Assembly (NCBI GenBank): GCA_013239625.1
Contig: MU054323.1
Coordinates: forward strand, 19,548,819-19,611,185
Direction: 5' to 3'
DNA: 62,367 bases
Source: Lama guanicoe
Taxonomy: Eukaryota
Shown: in pieces, positions 1 through 13,021 of the stretch
Numbering within the stretch: the stretch's first letter is position 1
Layout of the letters: each line of letters opens with the position of its first letter
Notes under the pieces: generated by a model
Database searches by the model: none
Seen by the model: only the letters and a program-made list of their open reading frames with translations
Told to the model about the DNA's origin: nothing
Made by a program: the position numbers and the translations under genes

Positions 1-1028
1 TCCTTTTTGTTTACCTATTTTATATATAGTAATATGTAAGTGATTCTTTTTTCCAAGTGAAATCTTAATTGACTGCCAATATATATAAGGTTTGGGGCCA
101 AAAAATTACTTACAGTATACTCAGCGCAAAGAAGAAATAACTTTTTAAAATTTTCTGTAATGGATCTGATCTTTTAAAACCCTCAGACCACCAAACCCGC
201 CCCTCAAAGTTCAGACACCACATTGGATAGATGGGGAGAGAAATGGACAAATGGACAAATGCATTTCAATTTAGTAAACTCAGTCTCATTTTGACTGACT
301 CAGCCTTTCTGGTTTTCTTTCCCTCCCCAGGTCCCTCTCCAAGATGGAAGTCTGGGTACAGGGAGCACACGTGGCCGTCAGGCACTGGAGGTTGGGATGC
401 GGACGAGAGAAGTCCCCCCTCCCCACCATCACCTTGTGCTAGTTCTTGGATGTGTATTGGACTGGGCCCACATGAAATATGGTTGTTCAAACCCACAGCC
501 CCACCCTGGGCATTCCACTGGCTTCCGCTGCTGACAGTCTACAGCAGATATAATTCACATATTATTCTTTTTCGGTCTGGTCAGGCCCGGAATCCCTCTT
601 CTCTCTTGGCCCCACCTCAGCTCTCTGCAGGGCTCCTAAAGTTTAGCAGTGATTCTCCTACAGTCCTGACCCCAATGTCCTATCCTGCAGCCTCAGCAAC
701 ATGGCCACCCACACCAGCTCACCCCCTCCCACTTCTGGCCAGCTTCCCAGCCAGGCTCCCTAAAGCAAGGAGCCGAATTCTTTTCTACTCAGGAGCTAAG
801 GTCAGGCCCTCGCTTTCACCAGGTGGCCACTCCAGAACCTAAATTCTAAGGTATTTCAAAATACAATATCCATTTTACTTAAAACAGATAAAAATGAAGG
901 CAGGATGCTCAGAGCCCCACCTGCTTGCTGGGCTCTCTCTTAACTCTACTCAGAGGCCCTAAGGGACGTTTAAGGAACCCTGGAGACTTACTGAAACACA
1001 TCTGGGAAACCACTGGTACGGTCTCGCT

Positions 1029-1214
1029 TAGGGCTCGCTAATGAAACTGTCTGCAATGATGGACACGTGTTATGTCTACACTGTTCCTTATGGCAGCCGC
1101 TAATCACGTGTGGCTATCGAGCACTTGAGATGTGGCTAGTGCAACTGAGGAACTAAAATTTTAATGTCACTAAATTTTAATTAATTTAAATAGCTACCAC
1201 ATTGGACAGTACAG
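1029..1214 (+). mobile_element. MER3-like hAT-Charlie DNA transposon fossil
   Basis: Resembles MER3 consensus blocks: gagcacttgagatgtggctagtgcaactgaggaact, AT-rich core, terminal attggacagtacag. Confidence 0.8.
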
Positions 1215-1774
1215 CCTAGTCCGTTCATTTTATAAATAGGTAGGAGGACCTTGAGGTGCACTATCACTCAGCAAATTTGTGTTAGATTTAGCAGGAAGAG
1301 CCAGGTCCTGTATTCTCTGACCCCTTGTTCCCACTGCTTCTCAGCCGTCACACTCAGGTCACTGTCTAGCACAGTGACTCCTGGCTGCTTCCAACTTTAA
1401 TGAAGTGGGCTGGGGCTTTGTGACAACTTGCACTGCTGTAGCATGAAACTTGGTTTGGAGCCAAACATTCTTTTTTCAAGGAGTCTGACCCCTCTAGCAC
1501 CTTCACTGTGGGGGAGTGAAGACCTGAGGAAGGCTGCTATAAAAATTTGAAAATAGTGTGATCTCAGCTATAACAACATCTGGAGAAGTGGCCCCCACGG
1601 ATCCACTATCCTTGAGTTTCTAGCAGTGCGAGTGAACTTTTTCATCAGAAAATGTGACTTCCTGAGATATCTTGATGACACAGCAAAAGAGCACAGCCTG
1701 TTGTGACAGAACATTAGGTAAGGAGACATGGGCTCAGGGAAAAGCCTTTTCTTTAACCAGCTCTACATTCTTGG

Positions 1775-1900
1775 ACAAGGCCTTTACCTGTACTGGGCCC
1801 CAATTTCGTATTCTATAAAACATGCAGTGCAATACCTTTTCCTCCCTTCTCTCAAGGATGTTACGAAGATAAATCAGCAAAATATATGAAATGCTCCTTG
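1775..1900 (+). mobile_element. MIR SINE fragment
   Basis: Degenerate MIR core (ccccaatttcgtattctataaaa...aggatgttacgaagataaat). Confidence 0.5.
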
Positions 1901-2504
1901 TTCCAGTTCCAAACTTCTCATTATTAAACACAAAAGTCAAGTTTTCCTTAATGTAAGGTGCTAGAAGCAAGCATCCTGTATCACTTTATGCCAAAAATAT
2001 TACACCATTAACCATGGGACTACGCTGGTGCTTACTTAACTAGGAACTTCATGTTGGAGTCATTATTTTACTGTTACTTAAAAATTGAATGATGGTTCAA
2101 AACGACAGAAGCCAAATTTCTCTGCTGCCCCCTGTTGCAGGGAGTAATTGGATTTTAAAAGACATATTTACGATATGTGCACATACTGTTTTACCAGCTA
2201 GTAGGCTGAAAGCTTTTAAGTAAGCAAGCTGGGTATGAGATACAGGGAAACTCAAGGGAAACTCAAATCATCCTTATCATCTTTGTTTTTTGCCTTGGAC
2301 AGTAACAATAATAGTAATGACACTCTATCTTGTTATATCCAAAAAAGAAACTGGAGAAACACAGCTTTGGGGCATCTTGGTCCCGCCCCAAATAACACAC
2401 CTTTGGGCTATGGACGTACTTGCGTGAGCCAGCAGGCTGGGGAGGAGGGTGCCATCGGCGTACGCAGCAGAACAGTGGAATCAACCGCTTGCTCCTTCTC
2501 TCCT

Positions 2505-2680
2505 TCACGTCATTCTGCTTACACTTCCATTACAGAACTCACCATATTGTGTTTAGTAATTAATCACTATTCCACGCCCCTCACAAGACCATGTGCTTCC
2601 AGAGGGTGGGGCCATGTCTTATTTGTACCTGGATCCCAAGCACATTCTGGGCAACTGGGAAGTTATTGCTACACTGGATG
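2505..2680 (+). mobile_element. L2 LINE 3' fragment
   Basis: agaccatgtgcttccagagggtggggccatgtcttattt resembles the L2 3' terminal region. Confidence 0.6.
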
Positions 2681-3301
2681 ATCACTGGTCCACTGGGAAC
2701 CAACACTCCCAACTCCAAGTGACCAAAAAGCATCAGTGTCACCCCAACTCTATATGCACAGTTGATCCTGGCTTGGCAACATTTGTTCCAATTTAGAAAT
2801 AGGTTTGATTCCAGAGTTACAACCAAGGCTTCAACCTCACTCATGGGGAAATACACCATATTAGCTAAAACAGAAATCCCAGCCTATTACCTCCCTGACC
2901 TTGAAACACAGGATACGTGCATTGGGTGTTTGGTCTGTAATATCAACAAGAGCAGCACCTGCTGACTCCAGCCTCCCAGTATTCATCAGCATCATCTACC
3001 TCCATAGCTGAGAAGTGATCCAGAAGTATTCTGATCATTCTTACCCTGAATTCATCTGTGACCTTTCAGAAAGAATTGGATACTGGTTTCTGGGAAGAAA
3101 AGAAAACCCTGAGGGAAAGACACAAAGGGTAAATTCCAATAATAAGCTGCTCTTAAGCCAAAATGTCAACAAGGATAGGGACTGTTGGGATTATATGATC
3201 CACACCCTCATTTTTTCAACAAGGTGACTTGGCCATTGTCACATGGCTACATGGGACCAGAGCAAGGACTACAACTCAGGTCCCTACAGTCCCAGTCCAG
3301 T

Positions 3302-3487
3302 CAGGGTGACTAACCTCTCTAGTTTTTCCAAGATTCCTAAGACATGAAACTTTCCATTTTTTTAAAGCAGGACAGCCTGGGCAAATTGTCTCTGTTTGCC
3401 TAAGTCCGAGAGGGTTCCCAGGATATTGGACTTTCAGGGCAAAAGCAGGAAAAGTCCCAGACAAATCAATACCAGTCTGTCATCCTA
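3302..3487 (-). mobile_element. MER94-like hAT-Blackjack MITE (possibly two partial copies)
   Basis: Ends cagggtgac...gtcatccta and internal gggttcccaggatattggactttcagggcaaaagcagg; related copy near 53748. Confidence 0.6.
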
Positions 3488-4202
3488 ATTCCAGTGCTCT
3501 CTTCCCTACATAAATCTGCCCCTGGTATCAGTGTGATACAATGTAGCACTGGTCTTGCCTCAAATACTTAAGCCCAGGAAGAGCCCGGCAATAAGAAACA
3601 GAAGTTGACGGCATTTACACAGCTATGTCCCCTCTATGAGGGATAAAATTCTATCCATTGATTATAACACATAAATGATCAAAACTAGAGCCTCAAGATT
3701 CTCTATAAATTTTTAAAAGAATTTTCAGGTCTTTAAATAATTAAAAGTTAAAAAAATTCAAGAGGAAGAAAATGAGAACCATGAACATGAGCGTTATGAA
3801 GCCCGTCCTGTTTAAGTACCAAACTATGATGTCCAAACTAATCAAGTTTGTCTCTGCTGAGGAAAGAAGGCCATGGAAGGCTCACAAAGTTATGCCAATT
3901 AATTGTCCTAACAGTCATTACAGAATGCAACCGTTACTCAAGAGACACCCCTCTGACACTATAATTAGCCTGCAACTCCTGCAATTCCAGGGAAGGCTTC
4001 AGAGCCTGTGTTTAAAACTCCTGCCGTGTTTCCCACAAAAGGGAGTGGAGTTGATATTTCAGGTTCTTTGAAGGGGCTTGGCATACTGGATGCACAACCT
4101 TGCCATTCATCATAGACTTACTTTTTTTCTTCCCTCCAACTTCAGTCAGCAGTTTCACAAAATCAGGTTGTTGGGGGAGAACAGGCCGGAAAGTGCTGCT
4201 GG

Positions 4203-4330
4203 ATTGGGCCAATTCCATAGCCATGACGTCACAGACTAACCAGTCAGACACCATGGTGGGCACTTCACATATGCAGGCTTTCAGTCTCGCGAGCATTCGT
4301 CAAGGCCAATGCCATTGCTCGTGTATATAA
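4203..4330 (+). promoter_or_regulatory. Candidate promoter/enhancer: CCAAT boxes, full CRE, TCTCGCGAG, TATA box
   Basis: ATTGG 4203-4207, CCAAT 4209-4213, TGACGTCA 4224-4231, TCTCGCGAG 4285-4293, CGTCA 4298-4302, CCAAT 4306-4310, TATATAA 4324-4330. Confidence 0.35.
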
Positions 4331-4379
4331 GTGAAAAGCTGAAGCTCCAAGCACTCGGGCTGCAAGACCACAGAGCTAG

Positions 4380-4560
4380 TGAGCAGCAGTGCCAGTGTGA
4401 ATCCGGGTCTCTCTGCACCCAACTCCAGGCCCTTGACTTGAGCAGGTCTCCTCTCTGAGGTACCCGCACCACCAGAGAAACTGCTCAACGCCAGTCTTCT
4501 GAGCAGGATGAGTTTGTAAAGGATAGCACGTATCACTCTGTAAACAGGGAGAGACAAGTC
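4380..4560 (+). mobile_element. MIR SINE fragment
   Basis: gtgtgaatccgggtctct...gacttgagcaggtctcctctctgag...ctgtaaacaggg follows MIR order. Confidence 0.5.
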
Positions 4561-7500
4561 TCCTGGGAGCAGGAAAATATCTGCTAGCCCTACTAAATGC
4601 AAAGAAAATTCCACCTTACAATTAAAGAGGGAAAAGACAAATATATTTGCCAAAACCCCATGTGTTAGTTAAAAGACAAATAAACCAATGAAGATATTTT
4701 CCAACAGAGCCACAGTTAAGAAGCTATGAAACACGATGCTCTTACATTGACTCTGCCACGTGGACATCTCTTCTCTGATTACCGGGCGGCTAATATCCCT
4801 ATAACAAATCCCCACAGTCCATATTCCACACGGGGACAAAATCCCTTGCTCCATTGAAAGGGGTCCTCTGGAGCTTTATATTTTAGAGGAAATATAAGGG
4901 ACAATACGTTACACTCAGCTAGTGACAAGAGTGGAAAACTGGAATGTACGCTTTCCTGGGGGAAGAAAACAAACCCTCTTACCTTTGGCTTTCCTCCTTT
5001 TTTATTCTCTCCCTTTAAAAAAACAAAGTGAAAAGGAACTTCCAGTAATTTCAGCTGGAAAATTACCATTCCAGATTGCTCTCCTGCCCGAGGAGGATGA
5101 TAATCTGATTTACTGTCTCGTTGCCTGGTTTAAGTCAGTAAAGAACATTACGCACAAGTTCTCGATATTTTAAAAGACAAATACGCTTTCGTCAAGGACA
5201 ATGCTGCAAACAGCCAAAGGTTTCAGTGCCCCAGCTTTTAATGAATCCCCTGGAGTCTTTGAAACTTTCACAGCAAAATCATCCAAACAGCAAGTTCCCA
5301 GCCCTGTGGGACTCAGCACAGTGAGTTTCTAACCCAGGCTTCTTGTCCTATTAACTTTGGTTTTTATGCTTTTGGCAGGTATTTCCGCTTCCTTTGCTCC
5401 TGTAGAGCTCTGGGGCTGGCCCTCTCCATCATCTTGCAGCCCCCCCCCAAGGTGGTTCCCCTGGTGAAGAAAGGCCTTTTGGGAAAGCCAGGAAACACAC
5501 CCAGAATTTCTGCAAAATTCTATCATTTTGTGGAGAAATTACATGGTTATTCAAAAAAAAAAACAAAAACAAGGTTTGAGAGTTAACAGTTTTGGAGCTA
5601 TCAAAATTTCTTAGAGGACTAAAAATTGGCATCAGGGCAGTCAAGGGAGATTTCATAGACTCTGAATAATTGGAAATGCAGAGTTTTATAAAAAGATCAT
5701 TTAAAAGTGATTTCTCTACTTCTAAAAGGGGCTCAGAGAAAAGCTCTTAACAGGCAATTCTTGGCCAGTCCATTCCAAACGCAATTCGCATTACGATGCA
5801 GTTAAAGCAGGGTACTTCAGGAATCTGAGTGTTACAATGAAATAGCAACACTTCTCAAAAGGTTTACAACGGGCACGACAGTCCCACACATATGGGAACC
5901 CATCTGACCCAAATAACCAGGGAGAGACGAGCCTTTGTACCCCTGGGGCCAGGCGGGAGGTATACGAGCCGCTCCTGGCCCTCTCTGTGGCAGCGGCTGC
6001 TCTTCTAGCTCCGACCCCAGGGCCCTGGCCAAGTAGCTCCTCCCTCATGCTTCATCAGCTCACCTTGAAGCTCATTCCCTACTTTATTTGCAGCTCCCCT
6101 CAAGGTGGGCAGAGGAAACGGAACAAGCTCAAATCAAAGCAATCACTTCTGCTGCTTTTGAACAGCTCTGATGAAAGACTTATGACAGGAGAGAGGCTAG
6201 GTAGCCACCACTACGGACCACGAGGATTTAGGATTATATGTGAATTTCAGTTACCCATGTTAAACCTCTCTCTCTAGGCTGACTGCAGTCAAGTCTCCAA
6301 AAGAAAGATAACCTGCTCCCTTCAGAGTCATGATCTCTGACACCCTCAGCCCTTCTCCTGCTGACTTGAGAAAACTGCTGAATCACTGGCTTGGCTTTCC
6401 CAGCAAAGAGACAATCTGGTTGCAAATTTCCTAAATCCTATGAATTCACTCCTTCTATTCCAGCCTGATCAAATGGTGGTTCTTCCCTCTTTCTTTGTCC
6501 AGAGAGAAAGAGCCCTTTTTCTTCCAACCACCTTATTAACTTTCCCATCAGTCTTTATCAGTAAGGAGTCAGTCCCACCCCCAGCACCAGATCTTCTTTT
6601 CCATCATTCTTTGTCACTTAAAGGGTCAGTTCCCACCCTGGTGCCAGCTCTTCTCCAAAACACAGTCTGAGCCAAGGAAAGCTGAAGATTCCTGGAGCCA
6701 TGTAGAGCAAGTATTCTTCTGGGAAGAGGCTGGCCTGAGTGACCATCAATCACTCACGTGCCGTCCCCCCTACAATAATAATCACCCCTTTATTCAGAAT
6801 CAGCAGTTTACAATGGTCTGTCCAAGGAATTGGCGAGGTCCCCATCTACCAGTGTGAAAAGTAGGCTGTGGAAAGGCAGCCCAGAGAAATGCCAAGAGCA
6901 CTAGGCTAGGAGCCAGAAACTGAAACTGACATTGGTTAAGCAGTAAGGTGAAAGTCAGAACTCAAGTCTGCCTGGCCCTAAAACCTATGCACTTAACCAC
7001 AATTGTCCTCCTTCCTATGTTAATAACATGCTAATAGTCACTGCTCATGAACTGGATGCTGGATTGGGCACTGCTATACCCAATTTTTATAGGCAGGGAA
7101 ACCAGTTTCAGTAAAATAACTGGTGGTGCCAATATTTGAGCCCCATTCTGTCTGACTCTACAGCCAGCTGTGGCACCATTCAGGTGTCCAATGAACAGAA
7201 GCAGGTTGGAATAAGAAAAGGGAGCAAGACTCTGAATAGCACCCACGACTATGGAGGCTGGGTGGCGCCCCAGCCAGGGCAGGACTGGCTACTTTGGGAG
7301 GAGAGGGCGAGACGATAGTGGCATCAGCTGGTGGCAGCATGGGCTGGGAATGCATCCTCAGTGCCTCTGTGCTCTGTGGTGGGGACATTCCATATCCCCA
7401 AGAGGCAGCAGCAAGAAGGGGCTAGAACAGACTCAGCCGGGGTCAACAGCAGGAGACTATGACTGGGCAGCAGCCTGAGGCTGGGAAGAGGGACAAAGCA

Positions 7501-8872
7501 AAGCCTGGGATGCAGTTCTCCGGGGGCACCCAGGACACGCTGGGTGGGGAGGAGGTTGCTGAGGCATTACGCTGCGTCTAGACCCTAAGAAGCAGCCACC
7601 AGGGAGTGGCCCATAAACTCCATGGTACGTGAAGCTGGTCTCCAACCAAAATAAGTGAATCAAATTAAAAGCAGAGACCAAAGGAAAAGAAAAGTGTCAA
7701 GACCCAGAAAATCTGAGTAGGAACACAGCTAAGGAGGCTCTGGACAAGAACAGAACCCCAAGTTCTTCAACAGTAACCATGGCTTAAGGGAAAAGGACTC
7801 TCTGGCCCCAGGTGGTCTCTAAGCAGGCGAGAATGCCAGTGAGTTGGGTCTAACTTAGAATTAGATGCGTTACCATGAAGCTCCCCAAAAGGACATGCCT
7901 TTACTCAGCCATTAATTCCCATAAAGGTCATCACTGTGGCTGTAATCAGGAGGATTTAAATACCAAATTATACATGGCAGGCTGCCAGGGCTGCAAATGA
8001 GAATAGGGTAGAAGATTTATCTCGGCCCTTTTGCCAAAAGAATCACTTTATTTACGGTGATGTGTATAAAGTACAATGATGATGATCTAGAGCCCAGGAG
8101 ACCCACACTGGGAAGAAGCTGTGGAGAAAACCTGAGATTTCTTCTCCCCACTTCAGCCCTCTGATGGCTTCAGTCCGAGATTCAGCCCACCCTCCATCCT
8201 CTTCCTTACTCCCCTCCAATCCCCCGATCCTCAGTCTCTTCTGCTTCTGATCAGCCGTCACTGTTTGAGTGCACAGGTGTGGAAAGCAAATGCTCTGGGA
8301 CATTACAGGCTAGGACACCAGAAAAAGGAGAGGAGGCAGTATCTGATGTCTCAAGCAATGGCCTGGAAGGCAATGAGAGGGAGGAGGCTGCAGAAGCCAT
8401 CAGCCCCCAAAGTAAGACGGGGTGGACCCTGACCCAGACATGGGCTGATGGTCACACTTCTTCAGCAGCTGGGATGGGAATTTTGAATCACAGAACAGCA
8501 TTTATCTCGACCCTCGGAATGTCTAGGGGATCATATGGACAGAGAGGAAAGATGCTGACACTGTCATTGAGGAGGATGCTGTTTTATAAGCCTCTCTGGG
8601 TCCTTCTAGCCTCAAAGACATCTCAGAATAGGGGTCCAGTGTCAGGCAAGAGGAAAGAGGACGTCATTCCCAGGGGGAGAGAAACTCCCGCACTGGCCCC
8701 ACACAAACGATACAAGAAGACTCAAGGGGGCTGAGAGGAAGGCCTCAGCCCACGGCGCACAGCTGTAATCAGGTCACTGTCTGGCATTGCTGGGGTTACA
8801 GACCCCATCCCAGTCACGGTCCCTTACAACCCCTGGGAAGAACAGCATCAATGACAAGCATAGGTGGTTCCG

Positions 8873-9050
8873 CGGGATTTTATTGATTCTAAGACGCACC
8901 TTTGCCTCCCCATTTTAGTATCTCTGGACTTGAGATACATTGAACAATCAGTGTCATCTTATGATCCCTGTAAGCTACTCTTTCAAATTTTATCTCTGAA
9001 ACTAGAAAGCATTTTATACTTGCTAGTACCCTAGGGCAGGCAAAACATGC
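8873..9050. mobile_element. MER104-like TcMar DNA transposon fossil
   Basis: ttttattgattctaagacgcac...atctctggacttgagatac...gtcatcttatga resembles MER104/Tc2 ends. Confidence 0.5.
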
Positions 9051-9051
9051 A

Positions 9052-9180
9052 CTCTTCCCATTTCAAAGGTGGAAGAAATTGAGTCTCAAAACGATTCACT
9101 AAATTGGCCAAAGTCATATAGCTAGCACGGGGCAAGGGGGAGGTATTTGGGACTAAAATTCATGTCCTCCAAGCCTCACA
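9052..9180 (-). mobile_element. MIR SINE fragment
   Basis: cccatttcaaaggtggaagaaattgagtctc...ttggccaaagtcatatagctag. Confidence 0.6.
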
Positions 9181-10692
9181 GAGAGTGTCCCTGTCTATTT
9201 CCATCCTGTCTCTAGGGTCTCCAAATCCTTGTTCCAAATCTCATATGAACACACATATGGACATACCTACCTTCTTTGGGCAGATGGATTTTGAATTCCA
9301 ATCTCTTTCCTTTCATCTGCAGCAGAACATGCAAAACTCTGGCCAACAACACAGCTCGAGACTTAGAATATGCTTGAAAGCTCAGACCTGGCTGCAATGC
9401 CATGTAATGTATTTGTAGCTAAAACGTGAGTTGATAAGTTCTAGAAAGGCAAAGAGGTAAATGCTGAGTGAGCTTTTTTACAGTCAGTGGGTAGAGAGTG
9501 ATGGAAGGGCGGGGGGTGGGGGTAAGGTATAAAGAAGATATTTCCTTCACGTTTTGCATTTCACTTCAGTTTCTTGAACCTATTTTTACATCCTGAGTGG
9601 AAAACGAGGCCCCTTCGCTGCTTGCTATAAAGTTGCCGGCAATCCTGGCATGACACCTAGGAAATTCTCATCTCTGACTAAAACACGTAGACAAGAGACT
9701 CGACAAGAAGGGGCAGCCTCCTGGGGTTCCTGACCCCATCACTGCCACTCTGATTACATTCTGTGCTCAGAAGCCCCAAGCGATGCAAACCAAAATGACT
9801 TCCCCGAATCAACACGGTGCTGAAAATTCAGTTGTTTCATTTCTAAGCTAAGAAAAGGAGCTCCCCTAGAGCCAACTCCCAGAGCCAAAATCCAAAATAA
9901 CCAGCTGATGTCAGCAACCAGCTTCGGGGTTTGCCCTTGGTGCCCAAGCAGGCTTGATGTTTCATTTCAAGACAAGAAAGTGAACTTTATAATTTCCTCC
10001 ATTTTAGAGCAACTCTCGGGGCAATTCCTCTTTTCCCTCACACTCTCTCCCTCAACAGACGCTGCGCCTTGAGCACAGTGCCCTTCCAGGGTGATGGCTT
10101 CACCCATGGTCTACGGTTGGTTAGGCATCTGGTCCAGAAAACGTGTGAACTGTCTGTAGGACGGGCATGTTTGGAGCGAGAGTTGCAGGCATGACCTTGT
10201 CAACCCCTCTGGAATTCTAAGCAAAGAAATGCTTAGAAAAGAACTGCCTAAGACCCTATTTCCCTTATGTAACGCCCCAGCAACTATGGCTCCCCTCAGT
10301 AACGTGGTAAGCCGACCTTCCCACTGTATAAACAGAAGTATACAAAATAAAAGCTTCCTGCGTTCCGTGCACCTTACCTGGGAGGGATTCCCCAGGACTT
10401 TGTTAATGCTTAGCATTTTCTTCTTAAAATGGCAAGCTTGTCTTTATTATCTTTGGCAAAATAGTAAATCTGATCACCGTGGAGCCAAAGGAATTCTCTG
10501 GGATTATAGGAATGGGTATTCATACCGTTTTGTGCAGTAAAGTAAATATCCATATGGCAGAAAACAAATGCTGCCTAAGAAGATTCTGTGCCCCTTTCCT
10601 CTTATACAAAACACTGTTTTCCCACAGCAAGGCTTTGGATATCAGTGGCTTAGCTAGAACCCAAGATAGTCTACAGCTCCAGGACACCTGAA

Positions 10693-10850
10693 CAGTGGTT
10701 CTTAGCCGCTCAAGGGTTTCTAGCCCCTTCAAAAATTGGTCTAAGGCTGTGGACTCTGCCTTCAATAAAATGCACACAGGCACACATCAAGGCTGTTTGT
10801 GATTTCAGCATGTTCGTGTCCCACTAAAGCCCACCCGTTTCTTCCCTGCT
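10693..10850. mobile_element. MER103-like hAT-Charlie fossil
   Basis: Starts cagtggttctta; gctgtggactctgcc...aaaatgcacaca resembles MER103C. Confidence 0.5.
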
Positions 10851-12109
10851 TTGACCCTAGTCCTATCCCTCTTTCCTGGTGACAGGGGATGTTCATGCAG
10901 GACGTGCCAGCTCACCCCATCTGATGATGCTGCCCCATTTCTCACACAGGAGCTTGTTTTTCACCCCAAAAGAGGGTGCTTTCCTTAATTCCTCTGAATC
11001 TCACTTCCCCCACTGGGAACTGGGAACTATCATATGCACCAGCCCAGCTCATGGGATACTGCAGAAAACAAAAAAAGGAAGAGACACAAATATACTCTGA
11101 ATTATGGATTGAACATTGCATGTTTGTGCAGGATCGCTGGTGAGGAGTGTGTGTGTCAGCTGTAATGGGCTCCATCCATTCTGCCTCCAAACTCCTCCAT
11201 CTATGTTTGCTGAACACACCAGATCGCTGATTTGATTTTTCACTAAGGGCATCTGGGGTTCACCGTGCTTACACATGCCTTTGCAAATTAGGGCGTGTGT
11301 GAGGGGAACTGCCAGGCTGTCGATTCTTTAAAGACAACGTATCGGCACCTGGGGAACAGCCAAACGTTCCTGCAATCCCAGTAATTCAGGGGCTTCCATA
11401 AATCACACTGATGAGAAAGAAATGCTAAAGCAGGAATATTGCTTTCTGCCACCTATAAGAGAGAATTAATGGTTTTAAGGATAACCTTTTGGTGTGACCT
11501 AGTTGTCAATAACCCATTCCTCAAGTTGTCATGTGTAACCAAGGGCCTCAAAGATAGGATGCAGGAAAAATAAAGATGATAATGAAAATATTGCCCTTCG
11601 TCTGTCTTAGCCATTTTTGCATATCACCACTTTAATAGGTTAAGAGTATTTATTAATACACATGTAACTAACTGCTGCAACAGATACACCCAGAGATGTA
11701 TAGCAGGCTCTGGTGCAACAGCAGTTCAACTTCTCCCTCACATAAGCAGTGCAAGGTATTTCCTGTTTGGTTCCACAAAATTGTACAGGGTCCCAGATGC
11801 TAGAGACCCTGCCAGCCTCAACACATGCATTCAGTGTTGTCCTGGCACCCGTGTCTCAGAAAGGAGAGCGCAGGGCAGAGAGGATGCGGTTAGGGAGACT
11901 GACTGGAGCAGACATGGGAGTGAGGCATAACTTCAGCTCATGTTCCGCTAACTGGCTACACTGAACAGCAGGGGAAACTGAGAAATACAGCCTGGGGAAA
12001 AGAGGAAATGGATTTTCTTTAAAAATTCTTCTTCTCAGAAATAATGTAAAGTAATAATAATTTTGAAATTAACATCTGGCCAATATTGGGGTGAATAAAC
12101 TCAGCTGGT

Positions 12110-12395
12110 TAATTTATTCATACATTCATACATTCATGCATTTATTGATCATCTGCTCTGTGCTACTCACTCTTTAGGCACAGGAAATGCAGCAGTCTTT
12201 TTTAAAAAATAGCAAACTCCTTGTCAGCAGAAAACTTATTTTCTACTGTGGTCAGACAGACACCAAACAAGAAAATAAGTAAAACATATGGGATTTTAGT
12301 GATGAGTATTAATAATAAATAAAACAGAAAAGCAGATAGGGAATGCTGGTGGAAGGTGGTTTACAGCTTTAGACAGGATGTCCAGGGAAGATGTC
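12110..12395 (-). mobile_element. L2 LINE 3' end
   Basis: attcatacattcatgcatttattgatcatctgctctgtgc is the antisense L2 terminal pattern. Confidence 0.75.
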
Positions 12396-12679
12396 AAGAT
12401 TAAAACCATCTGAGTTTGGTTTAAAAAAATGGTTTAGACTTTGCTCCTTTAAAAAAATGTATTATAAAATAATTCCAACACACAAAAAATGTGAACTATA
12501 AGCTCCCTAAGACTCTCAAGAAATATCTCTGCTTTGCTTGACAATGGTCGGATCAGATCCATAATATTAGAGTCAGGCCTGGGAATCATAATTTTAAAGA
12601 CATAAACCAACCAGAGCATAATCCAAAGGAAGCAATCAGGATGGTGAAGAAAGCTGAAACCATACTCACATCCAATTAT

Positions 12680-13021
12680 CCATTTATATGTTCAACAACA
12701 AATGTCTTCTGAGTACTGACTATGTGCCAGGCTCTCTTCTCCTCAGAGCAATGAAAGAAAGAACAGATCATAAACAGGTCAGCACAGAAACTAGCAGCTG
12801 AGCAGTGCAAGGCTGTCAAACAAGACTGAGTTTGGCAGGTTCAGGTAACGGAAAGAAGGGCAGCGCTGCTCAAATACCGCAGACAAGAGAGAGTGGTAGG
12901 GGCTCAGGCTGAAGGGTTGGTGGGATTGGATACAGACTTGCGGGCTATAGTAAGGAGCTTGGATTTTCTTTCCTAAAGGTAACTGAGAGCCATTGCAGGG
13001 TTTGAGAAGGCGGTGATATGA
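12680..13021 (-). mobile_element. L2 LINE fragment
   Basis: ttcaacaacaaatgtcttctgagtactgactatgtgccagg...gtaaggagcttggattttct...gagagccattgcagggttt. Confidence 0.7.

Noticed and set aside
2244..2265. 11-bp tandem duplication agggaaactca x2 (similar small ones near 241 and 15413)
   Set aside because: Ordinary slippage microduplications
10360..10420. Isolated minus-strand donor CAG/GTAAGG (also near 35846 and 41018)
   Set aside because: No matching acceptor or recognisable coding sequence; such motifs are frequent by chance
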